Origin: Octopus sinensis
Taxonomy: Eukaryota
DNA: 64,000 nt
Assembly (NCBI RefSeq): GCF_006345805.1
Contig: NC_043010.1
Coordinates: forward strand, 36,332,001 to 36,396,000
Reading direction: 5' to 3'
Position 1 is the stretch's first letter, and every line of letters starts with the position of its first letter. This document shows, in pieces, positions 1 through 13,748 of this stretch. Position numbers and translations under genes: made by a program. The notes below the pieces were generated by a model. The model saw nothing but the letters and a program-made list of their open reading frames with translations, was not told the DNA's origin and made no database searches.

Positions 1-858
1 AACTCTTTTCTATCTACACACACACACACACAGTCTCTCTCTTCCCCCTCTCTCTCACATAGACATCTAGTGATTTGGTGACATGAAGTGTGTACATGCA
101 TTTGTATTGTCTGTGATTTTGTTAATCTGCAGTGTAGTTTCTGAAAAATAGAAGTAGAGAGAAAGGCAGCAGGTATTGTTTTGTGTAATAGCAATGAAAC
201 TTGTCTTCTCACACATATGCATACGTACTGTTATACACTGAACGGCTCAAACACACTTTCTCCACCTCACACACACTCTCTCTCTCTTTCCTTCTCCTTC
301 TCTGTCTCCTTCTTCTCCCCTCTCTCTCTCTCTCTCTCTCAGACGAAGCAGTCCTTGTAAAATCTGAGCAATGCAAAGGCAGTCACTGAGGTGAGGGTGA
401 GGATGGAGTGGTTAACTTATTCAGAACTTGTCATACTTTGTGATGATTGTGTTGACAGAATAATAATAATGATGATGATGATGATGATAGATGGTAATGG
501 TGATGGTAGTGATGGGGGACGATTTGTTTTTGCTGAGCAGTTTAGAATGAATAGTTGCAGCTGCTGAGGTGTGTCTGTGGAGGTGGTCATTAAGGAACGA
601 ATGCTGCTATTCTTCGCAAAGATATATATGCATTATTACCATAGCCTATAATTTCTTTTCTCAACTGGCCCTTAACTTTAAGCCCCCTAATTATTGTTGC
701 TGCTAGCCACAGGGCTGGTCTTGACCAAGCCTGCTTTATGGTCAAAGGTGTTCCAGCTATGACCCTCCGTCTTATTTTTAGAGATAGTATGGTGTGATTT
801 GTGAGAGAATTGGCTGCTATTTCTAACAGCTTGAGCAGCCACACAATGGTTCCTCCCT

Positions 859-900
<42 letters not shown>

Positions 901-911
<11 letters not shown>

Positions 912-2396
912 ATGGATTCTTCTCAACATCTGTGTTTAGCATCAGGGTTCTACATCAGTAGGCAGGTATAGGGAGTAGTAGGGTGCTTGTATATTTGGTC
1001 AGTTTAGTGCCCCTGTTCATTCACATGTGATGTGAGTGTGAAGGTTAGTGTACTTGTAGATTGTAAGAAGCTAGCAGTGGCCTCAATTAGAAAAGTGCTT
1101 GTAGCTTCCTGTTGTCATGGACATCATCATAACCATCAGCAAAAATCGTCATTATCGTTCTTATCAACAACACTCTCTTGTACCACTGTGTTTCCTTTTG
1201 TGCCTGTATTTTTGCCTCTTAAGCTGCCCCTTATTTTCTTTTGTTTCTGAATGTTTCACTAACTTTCCTTCTACCTTCTACTCTCCATATTTTCCTTACT
1301 TTTATTCCCTTTCTTCTACTCTACTCTCTTTGCATATATCTCTTCTCCAAGTCTTTCTCTCTTCTACTTCTCTCTTTCTCTCTTCTACTTCTCTCTTTCT
1401 CTTTCCCCTCTCTTCTCTGCCTGCCTATTCACCTGCGTCTCTCTACTCTTGTCTATCCTCCTGTTTTTCTCTACTACTGTATCGCTGTTACTCTACTCCT
1501 GTGTCTCTCTAAGCTTTCCACTCACGTCTGTCTGTTTTTCTCTCTTGCCTTATTCTCACTCAGCTCTCATTCTGCTCATCAACATTTCATCTGGCAGTCT
1601 TGAAGAATGATGTCAGAATAGATGAGAGATAGATAGATAGATAGAGAGAGATAGATGAGAGATAGAGAGAGATGGGTTCTTCTCAACATCTGTGTTTAGC
1701 ATCAGGGTTCTACATCAGTAGGCAGGTATAGGGAGTAGTAGGGTGCTTGTATATTTGGTCAGTTTAGTGCCCCTGTTCATTCACATGTGATGTGAGTGTG
1801 AAGGTTAGTGTACTTGTAGATTGTAAGAAGCTAGCAGTGGCCTCAATTAGAAAAGTGCTTGTAGCTTCCTGTTGTCATGGACATCATCATAACCATCAGC
1901 AAAAATCGTCATTATCGTTCTTATCAACAACACTCTCTTGTACCACTGTGTTTCCTTTTGTGCCTGTATTTTTGCCTCTTAAGCTGCCCCTTATTTTCTT
2001 TTGTTTCTGAATGTTTCACTAACTTTCCTTCTACCTTCTACTCTCCATCTTTTCCTTACTTTTATTCCCTTTCTTCTACTCTACTCTCTTTGCATATATC
2101 TCTTCTCCAAGTCTTTCTCTCTTCTACTTCTCTCTTTCTCTTTCCCCTCTCTTCTCTGCCTGCCTATTCACCTGCGTCTCTCTACTCTTGTCTATCCTCC
2201 TGTTTTTCTCTACTACTGTATCGCTGTTACTCTACTCCTGTGTCTCTCTAAGCTTTCCACTCACGTCTGTCTGTTTTTCTCTCTTGCCTTATTCTCACTC
2301 AGCTCTCATTTCTGCTCATCAACATTTCATCTGGCAGTCTTGAAGAATGATGTCAGAATAGATGAGAGATAGATAGATAGATAGAGAGAGATAGAT
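901..2396. repeat. Direct tandem duplication, about 760/740-bp unit, bounded by (GA)n/(GATA)n
   Basis: 911 aligns to 1671 (offset 760). The copies differ by a few substitutions and by a 21-nt unit present twice in copy 1 and once in copy 2. The same ORFs appear at 1032 and 1792. Confidence 0.95.
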
Positions 2397-3037
2397 TGAG
2401 AGATAGATAGATAGATAGAGAGAGATGGTGAATGTGACAGCAGGTGGTACAGTAGAGAGTAATGGAGAGTTTGATATAGAGAAAAAGGAGAGTGCTTGTG
2501 TGAAGGGCATGGTAAGAGCAGCTGAGTAGAGAGAATGAAAGAGAGAGAGAGAGTGTGTGAAATGGGAGAAGGGAAGAATTGAGCAGCATGTATGACAAAC
2601 ATACCCTCTATCATTCTGTCCCCCACCCACATAGTGCCATCAAATTCCTTCCTCCCCTTCAGTTGGTGCCATCAAGTTCCTGACAACCATCGCTGCAACC
2701 GCCACCACCACCATCTCTTCTTTCCTGACTTTCCTGCAGCTGCTGCTACTGCTATTACTTGATGCTGCTACTGTTGTTGTTAGCTGGCTGGCAATGACAT
2801 CATCATCATTGTTCTGTGGATGGGGATGAGACATGAAATGAGATTCTGGAAGAGGAGATGATGAAAGGCATCGTCATCATCATCATCATCATCATCGTCG
2901 TCGTCATCGTCACCAGCATCACCGCCAACCATCATCATCATCATCGACACCACCACCATGACTGTTTTATGTCTGCTTTTTTCATGCTTGCATGGATTGG
3001 ATGGGTGAGAGAATAAATTAAGAGGCGGGGGGACGGA

Positions 3038-3082
<45 letters not shown>

Positions 3083-3345
3083 ACACACAAAAAAAGTACC
3101 ACACATACAAAATACCCCACCCCCACCTATTGCATCCTTACCCTCCATATAAACAAAACAAGTCTGAAATATTGGAAGGAAAGAAAGGATATTACAAAAG
3201 TAAAAAAAAAAAAAAAAAAAAAAGCGAAAAAAAAAAAATTGCAATAAAACACCCAGTGCTAGAAATCTGACTGTTAGATGAAGGTGAGCTTATTCTGGCT
3301 TGCCACACCATGGCACTGGGATATATAGCTAGGTGATGTCAGTGA

Positions 3346-3386
<41 letters not shown>

Positions 3387-3510
3387 TGATGTTATAGTGG
3401 TATGTTACAATTTAGCCCTAGGTCAATTCTGATTGAGCATATGTGTGTGTGTGTGCGCATGTGCATATATATGTGCATGTATATTTGTATTGGTGTATGT
3501 ATATATGTGT

Positions 3511-3562
<52 letters not shown>

Positions 3563-5329
3563 CTTAGGCATTCCAGCTATGACAATCCCATCATTTCTTT
3601 CTTCAAGCACTTGTACTACCCGACACTATCCAATGTGTCTTTCCCTATTTTATTAATTCTTTTTTTTTTTTTAAGATGATAGAGTGGAATTTGAAGAAAA
3701 TTTGACTGCTGTTACTAGCAGACTGAGTGCCCATATAGAGGTTCTTTCATTTTGGTGTGATGATGGTGGTGATAGCGGTAGCGATGGTTGTGCAGTTGGT
3801 GGGGTGTCTGATGCATGGCAGCAATGTTTATGTATAACAGTAGTGGTTTTGTTTTTTTAACCCCCCCCCTCATTTATGATTTAAATAAAGCTTTGATCAA
3901 AGACGTTCCAACCATGACCATCTCGTTTTTTTTGCTGTTGTAAATTTAGTACTTTCTCAAATCATACCCTGCTGTCTTAATGATGATGGCTGTGTTTAAT
4001 AGTGATTGTGGTTGTGTCTAATGGTAGTCATGGTCAGTTGCAGCTGTAGTAGTAGTAGTAGTAGTAGTAGTAGTTCTTCTTTTTGCCCCCAGGTCAGCCC
4101 TAATCAGTCAACTTAAGATCAAAGACATTCCAATCATGAACAGTGTCTTTTTGTACACCAAATAACTACATTATACACGATCGAATTTGTGGGTGACTTG
4201 GGTGCTGTTTCTAGCAGGCTGAGTCAACACTTAGGTGGTGTATGTGTGTGTTTGTATGTAGCAGTGTAGAGGTAGTGGTTTGTAGGTGTTTAAGTAGTAG
4301 TAGTAGTAGTAGTAATGGTAGAGTTGGTGTTGTGTGCTTCTCGGTGATGATTCTGGTGGTAGTCGCTACTGTTGGTGTTGTTCTATTGGTGAAAGCGTGC
4401 TGTTGTTGTTGATGATGATGATGGTTGTCACAGTGAGGGTAATGAATTGTGGCTGCAATAACTTTGTTGTTAGGTGTACTGGCATTAGCGTGTAGCAGTG
4501 AGTTTGTGCTTTGGTGTTGGTGTAGGTGAATGCATAGAAGTCATAGTTTCATGTTGTGTTTGATGTTGTTGTTGTTGTTGTTTCTTCTCCTGTTAAGCTT
4601 TGTTCCAAGCAGACTCATGTAATCTAAAGCAGTCTTTTTATACTTCAAACATAGGTGTATCTAAGACTACGTTTATCTAATGTGTCCTTTCTTTTGAAAG
4701 TTAAGCTGAGATTTGAGGGAGATTTTGGTTGCCATTTCTAGCATATTAAACAACTACTTAAGAGTTTGTGGTAGTGGGTAGTTGTTCTTTTGGTGAGAAT
4801 GACTACAGTGTTGCTGTTGTTGTTGTTGTTGTTGATGGTGGTGGTGGTGGTGGTGGCGGCTACTGAAGTGGTGTTTGGAAAGCGAAAGCAGATCTAAGCA
4901 GCAGTTAATAATAAGTGTTTGGTTAGTTAAGTGTAAATGTGTGTATGCGTGTGCATATGCATGCATTTGAATTTTGTTCGGCACCTTTCACTTTTGTGCC
5001 AGTTTTGTGCAGGTTAACATCACCCCCACCCCCCATTCCCCACATTATCTTCACTGCCGTTGACCATCATCCACCCCAAACATTTAGTCATTAATTGAAT
5101 ATATTTATTTCCACAGTAATGTCCTTGAGCAGGGGAGGGCATATATATCACAGCTTCCCACTTCATCCATCTCCAAATTTTGTGATTACACAGAGCACAA
5201 CATCATCATCGTCATCGTCATCACCATCATCATCATCATCATCATCATCATTTTGATGATGATGTGGGAGATAATTGAGAGAGTGAAGCGCTAGGCTGCG
5301 GTATTTAGTTTTATTTGAGTCTTGAGTTA

Positions 5330-7855
5330 ATATTCTATTAGCTAATATTCTGTTTAGTATTTATTAACTAGAGAATTCTACAGTTTGGCTTCCTCTGCTG
5401 TTCTGGGTTCAACTCCAGCTGGGAGTGGGGTGCAGTAAGTGTTTACGTTTTATCCTGTTGGTAAAATATGAGTTGATAAAATATGTGCTAGTTGCCTCCT
5501 TAGGGGGTCAAGTCAGTTGACTATGCTCTTCTGAAATGTTTAACCACTTATTATTATTGTTATTTTTTTCTTCTCTCGTTTGATTGCTATTTCATTTCAT
5601 CTTCCAGCCAGGTCTCAACCAGAGACTTTAGACATGTATATATTAAGATAGAGAGAAACTTCCTGAGGAGGTGAGCAGTTGGTGTCAGCACAGTTGTTTG
5701 AACATCATAAATTGTTGGTTTCCCTGGGATTTGGTCATCATCATAATCATCATCATCATTATGGCAAGCTGGCAGAATTGTTCACATGCTGGGCAAAATG
5801 CTTAGTGGCATTTCGCCCATCTTTACATTCTGGGTTCAAATTCTGCCAAGGTTGTCTTTCATCCTTTCAGGGTTGATGAAATAAGTACCAGTTGAGTAGT
5901 GGGGTCAATGTAATCGATTAGCCCCCTCTCCCAAAATTTCAAGTCTTCTGCCAATAATAGAAAGGATTATTATTATTATTATTATTATTGGTGTAGTGGT
6001 TTGATTGAATTAAGAGCATTGGACAAAATACCTTGTGGTAATTGTTCTAGTTCTTTAAGTCTTAAGTTTGGACTCAACAAACAACCATATTGTTATTAAT
6101 AGTTATCTTATTATAATGTTATATTTATTAATAATAATGGTTTCAAATTTTGGCACAAGGCCAAAAATTTTTAGTGGTAGTGGTGGTGGTGGTGGTGGAA
6201 GTCCATTATATTCACCTTAGTGTTCAACTCGTACCTATTTTATTGACCTTGGCAGAATTTGAACTCAGAACATAAGATAGACAAAATGCTGTGTAACATT
6301 TTATCCGGTGTGCTAACAATTCTGTCAGCTTGCTACCTTATATTATTAACAATAATGATAACATAATATTATTATGGTAAAGGCGCTGAGCTGGCAGAAT
6401 CATTAGCACACCGGGCAAAATGCTTAGTGGTATTTTGCCTGTTGTTAGGTTCTGAGTTCAAATGCTGCTGTGGTCGACTTTGCCTTTCATCTTTTGGGGG
6501 TTGATGAATTAAATACCAGTCGAGCACTGGGGTCGATGTAATCGACTAGCCCTCTCCCTCAAATTTCAGGCTTTTGTGTCTATAGTAGAAAGGATTATTA
6601 TTATGGTAGAAATGGTAACCTACTATATTGTATATGTGTGTACAATATTTAATTTCACTATTCAACATTTGTCTTGGTAAACATCAAATTCTGCCAAGAT
6701 TGATTTTGCTTTTTATCCTGCCAGATTTAATCAAACGAAATACCTAACAGGTTGGTGGGGCAATGCTATCTTTGCACCCTTTCCTTAAAAATATTGGCCT
6801 TGTGCCATATTGAAAGAAACTGGTGTTGCAGATACAGTAAGTGCTAGATCAAAAGCTTTACTCATCCTCTTGCATTCTAACTTTAAACTCTGCTTTGACC
6901 ACCTCTGTCTGTTATCTCTCTAGAGTTGGCAACATAAGTTCTTGTAATATGCTGAGGAGGAAGTTGATCAACGTATATATTCCGCTTCACGTCGGGACCG
7001 TCTACTAAAATAAGAGAGAATTATTACTCTACTTGTGTGTTATTGTATGATGGGTAACTTTAGAAGTATACTCTGTCACCATGGGTGATATCAAGAAATA
7101 TGGCATACATACAGTAATTATTATTCCACTTTTATCAAATTTCTTGGTGCTTATACAAAACAATAAAATAATCTGGATACTAATTTTCAAAAGAAAAATA
7201 CTTATTACCCCCAAAATATACTTAAACAAAGCAAATTTCTCATTTGTATATTTGCAATAAATATATATTGTTATTTAAGCTGTTGATTTCAAATTTTTTT
7301 TTCTTTGTACAAGGCCAGAATTTTTAGTAGACGGAGTAAGTTGATTATATTGACTCCAGTACTCAACTGGTTATTGTTTTATAAACCCTAAAATGGTCAA
7401 AGGCAAAATTGACTTTGGTGGCATTTGAACTCAGAGCGTAGAGACAGATGAAATGCCGGTGAACATATCACTGGGTGTACTAATGATCACAATCTACACC
7501 ACTGGAAACTTATCTCTACAAAATTGTTTTTAAAAATGTGTATTTGTTTTTCCTAAGAGTTACATGACACTCATCCTCTACCTAATGTTAACTCTGTATC
7601 TCTCTCTTACTCTCTTTCCCTCTCTTTATGTGACGTAAAATGTAACTGGAGATCAACCAACCAACGTTACACCTGGTAAAATGCTTAGTGGAATTTCATC
7701 TATCTTTACATTCTGAGTTCAAATTCCACTGAGGTTGACTTTGCCTTTCATCCTTTTGAGGTCAATAAAATAAAGTACCAGTTATGGGGTTGATGTAATC
7801 AATTTTCTACTTTCCCTGAAATTGCTGACCTTGTGCCTAATTTCAAAACCATTAT
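5330..7855. mobile_element. Cluster of about 7 copies of a tRNA-derived SINE (family B; central GCCTTTCATCCTTT...GGTCGAT...AAGTACCAG motif, Meta/MESC-like from memory)
   Basis: Best copies are 5763-5988 (+), 6131-6339 (-), 6382-6602 (+), 7283-7487 (-) and 7676-7855 (+). They share a GAGCTGGCAGAAT head, a GAGTTCAAAT B-box-like motif and an (ATT)n tail. Confidence 0.8.
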
Positions 7856-10500
7856 CAAACAGAGATTAAGGAAGTGAATAAAGTATTTAGTAGATTTCCC
7901 AGTAAGACTGAAAAGTAATCGAGAAAGTATAATGATGGACTTATTTATACATGGGATGGGTGGCAATCTTTGCAAAGGTTGTGGTTGTGTTAGTGAGAGT
8001 AATGGTAGAGGTGATATTGGTGTTCATGGGGATGGGGGGTATGGTGGTGATGGTGTTTGTGGGGTAACTATGACAATCATGGTGTTTGTGGAGTAATTGA
8101 TTTTGTTAATTTGGTAATGATGCTAGTGTAGTGGAAATATATAGTCAGTACAAGGTGTTGATGTGGCTGCATGTATGTTATTACAATAGTCCATAAAGAG
8201 CTGAAGAATAAATTAAAAATCTATATATTTCCTACATAAGGATATATTTTATTTACTGGTCAATGATGATACATAGAATCAAAATGTAGAATCTAGTTGA
8301 ATGAAGTAATCTATGCAAGAAAGTTCAGAGATAGAAAATGTAGAAATAACAGCGATGTCGTAGTTTTCAGTCATGTGGTGTAGAGAAATGATGTGAATGG
8401 CTCTAAGTCTAATCGACTAAGAAGTGAAGAGCTGGGTTAGCAAGCTGTTTTTATTAATGGAATACTAGACATTCTAGAAACTTCCAAGAGAAATGCTAAG
8501 ATTCTTGAATGATTAAGAATCACATCTCATGATACAGATGCTTTGAGAAACTTAGAAAAGAGAGGTTACTCTATGATCTTTCTTGCAAGGGAGATCATTC
8601 AACTATCTAGCTTCCGCTACACTAGTTATGATGATTCTGTGCCTTACTTCACTTCCTTGTGGTTTATGCAGTTTGTGTGGAGATGTGAGGCTGCTTCAGC
8701 TTCTTACATCTGTTTCGCTGTCAAGTTTGTTATCTTTGTATAACTTGATGGTTCTATTGATTTCAGTGTTTGCTAATTTCAATGACGGTAAAGGTAATAG
8801 TGCTTCTTTTGTTGCATTGAAAGGCTGGATTATATCCTCACAGCTTGTACCTAGCTCTAGTTTCATAGCATGAGGAAAGTGAGTGATAAATCTCCTTTTC
8901 AAGAGGAAATCAGACTGTGCGATATACCTCTTTGCTGCACCTCTCTGAATTAAAGTTATGCAAAATAAAGTGTTCTACTGATAAACAACAAATACCTTCA
9001 ATGATGTTTAACTCACTGAGCTGATAATCCAGTACCTCATTCATTCAACCATTTCACATCTACAGACTGCATATTGTATTAGTGCCAACAGTACCTGTGG
9101 TATGAATTTTAAATACTGTTTTTTGGTGTTGGTGAATAAACTTTTGTCAAGTCTGTTGCAGTTAAACATAACATGGAGTTGTTAAATAAAAGAAACGCCT
9201 AGAAGTGTATTTTTCATCTTTGTTGTTGGTCATGCTACTATTTTCATTCATCTTAAAATATGCTTGCATTCTTATTTGAAGTGTGGCTATGGGTATGTGG
9301 TGAGAGATTTGACTACTATATTGAGAAAGCAGACCTATGGTTAAAGCTGTTCTAGACTTGTGATTTTTTTTTTATAGAATATAACGTAGGTCTTTGATTA
9401 TATTAATGCAATAATTCCTTTCTTAAATCAGTAGGGTGTAATTTGAGAGAAATTTGGTTGATATTTCTAGAAAACTGAGCAACTATAGAGAGGTTATTTT
9501 TGATGTTGTTTGGTCCCAATGAAGCAAACCTATGATCAAAGGTGTTCTGACTGTGATGGCAGTATTTTACCCTACCAACCTTAGTGTATCTTGGCCACTT
9601 TATGAAATATGTTTTCACTTATTTATAATAGGATGCAGTTTGTATGATATTTAGCTGCTATTTCTAACTGTGCAAACGACCATATAAAAGCTCTCTTATT
9701 GGGTTATTGTTCAGCTTCTGGTCAAAGCTAATGGGACAGACCTATGCTTAAAGCCATTCATTTAGGATCCTTCCTTCCTTTTTGTATCCTAGCAACACTC
9801 CACTTCATTCTTCTATATTTAAAACAGTGGGGTATTATTTGATGGAGATTTAGCTGCTATTTCTAGCACTTGTATAACTGCATAAAACTTCCCTCATTGG
9901 TTTGTTGGTGTCTGAGTTGTAGGAGTTAGTGGTGATATGTTACTGCTAGGATATTCAGATAGATCAGTTATACTGTTATTAATGGGATAATATCTTAAGG
10001 CATAAAGAACAGTTGGGATAAGTAGATTAAAAGTGATAGCCTCCAGTACATGGCAAAAATCCTTTCTCAAGGTTTTCTTTTCTTCTCTGATAAGCTAACA
10101 AAAGGGCATTTCTAGTCTGAAAATTATTTTTCTGAATCTCATGTCCGCTTCTCTGCCAACCTACCTGCTTACCTGTCTGCTTGATTAATCTCTCTCTCCA
10201 TCATCCCCATACATTGGCTAATTCACACTCTCTTCCTCCTCTCTCTCTATATATCTCCTTGACACACGCATTTGTTCTTTCCACTCTCTACAATCTCACT
10301 TTGTAGCAAATGGTGCCCCTTACCCTCATTATTTTCCAGATGTAGAAGACAGTTGACCCTACCAGGATTTGAATTTAGTATGGAGAGAGACAGCAGTAAA
10401 TACAGTAAAGCACTGAATGTGGCATTCTGTTGTCTCTGCTACCAATACCACCCCTTCATTAGTCACAATAATTTCCACTCTAATATATTACTATTTCTCT

Positions 10501-10546
10501 GTTAGTCTTTGGTTAATTTCTCAGTTAGTCTTTGGTTAATTTCTCA
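10501..10546. repeat. Perfect 23-bp tandem duplication
   Basis: GTTAGTCTTTGGTTAATTTCTCA x2. Confidence 0.9.
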
Positions 10547-10997
10547 TTTCTATTATCAGTATTTTCTATGGTAAGGATAATATTCACTGCATGCATCAAC
10601 CATTTTATACTAGAAATGGCACTACAAGTGTGTGTGTGTGTGTGCGTGCGCGCCTACAAGGACTGGGCAGTACACAACATAGTGAACCTGCTATGTATGA
10701 CAGAACAGAAACCAATGGTGATGGATGACGACGATGATGATGATAATGGTGTGTGGGTGTGTTTATGTACCAAAGCTGGTGGTTCTGCTAGTACTCTCCA
10801 TTCCCTGAGAGGACTGCATAGAAGTGGCAAAGGACAAGAAGAGAATGAAATATACTGAACTGGTGGAGTTATTTTGGAAGCAGTAGGTAACCAGCTAAAT
10901 AGATGTGTGTGTATGCATGTGTATATGTATGTACATATGTATGCATGTATGTGTATACACGTGCGTGTGTGTTTATATATACATACATACATACATA

Positions 10998-11030
10998 TTG
11001 TGGTGCACCTGAGCACTGTATACAATAATT
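10998..11030 (+). mobile_element. 33-nt 3'-terminal fragment of the CR1-like LINE
   Basis: Exact reverse complement of 60981-61013, the 3' end of the CR1-like element. Confidence 0.8.
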
Positions 11031-11032
11031 AC

Positions 11033-11078
<46 letters not shown>

Positions 11079-11275
11079 AAAATTGACCTCACATTGCATA
11101 CAAACATTGCAACATAACTTTTTTGCACTTCAACTGGTCCCTCCCTATTCAACATTATCCCTAAATAAATGAAAGAAACTATAAAAAAAAAGATGATCCA
11201 TAACATGTACATAATGTATGGACAAATTCCTCCAGGAAATACCATACAAACGAGTGGCACCATAATACATTCAGA

Positions 11276-11306
<31 letters not shown>

Positions 11307-11485
11307 GCATCTGTATACATATTTTGTAAACAAGTGTTGTACAGAGGTCTTCATTTTCAGTCTTTTGCAGGCTGTGGAATAATATTTAACTTTGCTTGGA
11401 AACAGGAAGAGCATCCAGCTGTAGAAAATCTTGCTCAATGAATTCCATCTAACCTATGCACACACAAACATGTATATAAATATAT

Positions 11486-11493
11486 ATCATACT

Positions 11494-11541
<48 letters not shown>

Positions 11542-11551
11542 GATTCATACT

Positions 11552-11606
<55 letters not shown>

Positions 11607-11607
11607 T

Positions 11608-11638
<31 letters not shown>

Positions 11639-11760
11639 CTCATACTCACATATATATATATATATATATATATCATACTCACATATATATATATATATAT
11701 ATATTATCTCATACTCACATATATATATATATATATATATATCATACTCACATATATATA
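11486..11760. repeat. Compound minisatellite: TCATACTCACA seed plus variable (TA)n
   Basis: About six seeds separated by TA tracts of different lengths. Confidence 0.85.
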
Positions 11761-11931
11761 TATTATTATATATATATATGCATGTATATATACATGTAGA
11801 TGTAGGTACGTACATATATGTATGTATGTATGCATATATTTTATTTATTAAATTATTGTATGACTGAGCGCCCTCGCGTCGTTTCGTTTCTTTTCTCCAA
11901 GTAAGTTTTTATAGTATATATATATATATAT

Positions 11932-12918
11932 AACATGGGCTGTGACTGCTGAGGATATGCGTAAGCTCGCAAGAAATGAAGCCAGTATGCTCTGTTGGAT
12001 GTGTAATGTCAGTGTTCATACCCGACAGAGTGTGAGAGAAAAGTTGGTCCTAAAAAGCATCAGATGTGGTGTGCAAGAGAGGCGTCTACGCTGGTATGGA
12101 CACGTAGTAAGAATGAATGAAGATAGTTGTGTGAAAAAGTGCCACACCCTAGCGGTTGAGGGAACCTGTGGAAGAGGTAGACCCAGGAAAACCTGGGACG
12201 AGGTGGTGAAGAACGACCTTCGCGCTTTAGGTCTCACCGAGGAAATGACCAGAGACCGAGACCTTTGGAAGTATGCTGTGCGCAAGAAGACCCGGCAGGA
12301 CACGTGAGGCCATAACCCATGGCCCCCACCTGGGACGTAGTCAGTCCACTTGTGCATACCTTCCTTCTTGGGACACATAACTCTACTTGTGAAGACCTGT
12401 TGAGGCAAGTGAAAATCAAATCAAATCAAAATCGATGAACATCAATGGAATTTGTAGTTTTGTGGTACCAGTGCTGGTGGCACATAAGAAAACCATCCGA
12501 ACGTGGCCGTAGCTAGTACCGCATCGACTGGCCGACGTGCTGTGGGCACGTAACAAACACCATCCGATCGTGGCCGTGCCAGCCTCGCCTGGCCTCCGTG
12601 CTGGTGGCACGTAAAAAACACCATCCGAGCGTGGCCGTTCGCCAGCCTCGTCTGGCACCTGTGTCGGTGGCACATAGAAAAACACCATCCGAGCGTGGCT
12701 GTTTGCCAGCCTCGTCTGGCACCTGTGTCGGTGGCACATAAAAAGCACCCACTACACTCACGGAGTGGTTGGCATTAGGAAGGGCATCCAGCTGTAGAAA
12801 CACTGCCAGATCTGACTGGCCTGGTGCAGCCTTCGGGCTTCCCAGACCCCAGTTGAACCGTCCAACCCATGCTAGCATGGAAAGCGGACATTAAACGATG
12901 ATGATGATGATGATGATG
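11932..12918 (+). mobile_element. 5'-truncated RTE-clade LINE: ORF2 C-terminus, long 3'UTR with a 61-66-bp tandem array, (GAT)n tail
   Basis: ORF 11942-12307 has RRLRWYGHVVRM and GRGRPRKTWDEVV..DL motifs typical of the RTE ORF2 C-terminus. Array units start at 12479, 12545, 12606, 12669 and 12733. The tail reads CCCATGCTAGCATGGAAAGCGGACATTAAAC(GAT)n. Confidence 0.9.
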
Positions 12919-13670
12919 ATATATCTCATACATTGTGTATGTATTGCATATATATTTAGTATATATATTTATATCTATATAATGTAGGAAAAGCAATTTC
13001 ATTCATAACTATGAATTGAGTGAAGAAATTACTTATTTTATGAATGAATATTGTGTATTTCAGATTATGACAATGATATGAAACTTTTGTTCTTTACTTG
13101 CTAACACATTCATTAGTGTGTGTGTGTGTTTTCATGTGCTTGTGTGTTTTGTTATGACTTCACTTTGTCTAATTGATGTATGTATGTTGTGTTTGCATGT
13201 TCTTTTAATTTTCTTTGTTGTGAGAAATGGCATCAAATTTTTGTAAACCTAGTGGTATGGTAATCAACAAAATTCTTATTTTGAAGCTTCTAGGTTTCTC
13301 TCAGAATGTTTTAGACACAAGGGCTTATATTAAAGGTACATTAGTCAAAAACATTTTATAACAATGTAGTCTAAAACTGAGGAACACACACACAAACACA
13401 ATTTGATTTTAGTCGTCATCATCACCATCATTTTAATGTCCACTTAAATTGATGAGATATCCAAACCAGTGTTGTTGCCTCTTTTGCAGATATAGATGTT
13501 GTCCATTCTTCTTCACCTTATGTCAAGCTGTTCCCCCGTCCCTCTCTCTCTCACAGCCTTTTTTGTAGTTAAACATGCAAATGTGAAAATAGTATGTTAG
13601 AGTGGATATGATATTGGACTACCAGCTTGTAGATTTTGTGTTAAGTTTCTCTCAGGTGCTCATTAAATAA

Positions 13671-13748
13671 AATGCAATTCATTTCTCCTAACTGTTGGGT
13701 ATGGAATGCAATTCATTTCTCCTAACTATTGGGTATGGAATGCAATTC
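13671..13748. repeat. 34-bp tandem repeat, 2.3 copies
   Basis: AATGCAATTCATTTCTCCTAACTRTTGGGTATGG x2 plus a partial copy. Confidence 0.9.

Noticed and set aside
343-390. 48-nt candidate exon ((CT)n-AG ... GAG|GTGAGG)
   Set aside because: Stops in all three frames, and the acceptor is only a CT microsatellite.
2640-2845. Minus-strand low-complexity ORF with a CAG acceptor
   Set aside because: Triplet-repeat-derived, no domain and no linked exons.
5608-5670. 63-nt frame-preserving candidate exon (QVSTRDFRHVYIKIERNFLR)
   Set aside because: Splice sites are plausible, but there is no recognisable homology or partner exon.
8500-9150. Possible decayed LINE endonuclease on the minus strand
   Set aside because: Only vague similarity (ELNII..CLS.EH) with several stops.
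12479-12750. CRISPR-like array
   Set aside because: Eukaryotic DNA with no cas genes. The 'spacers' are homologous to each other, so this is a minisatellite in an RTE 3'UTR.
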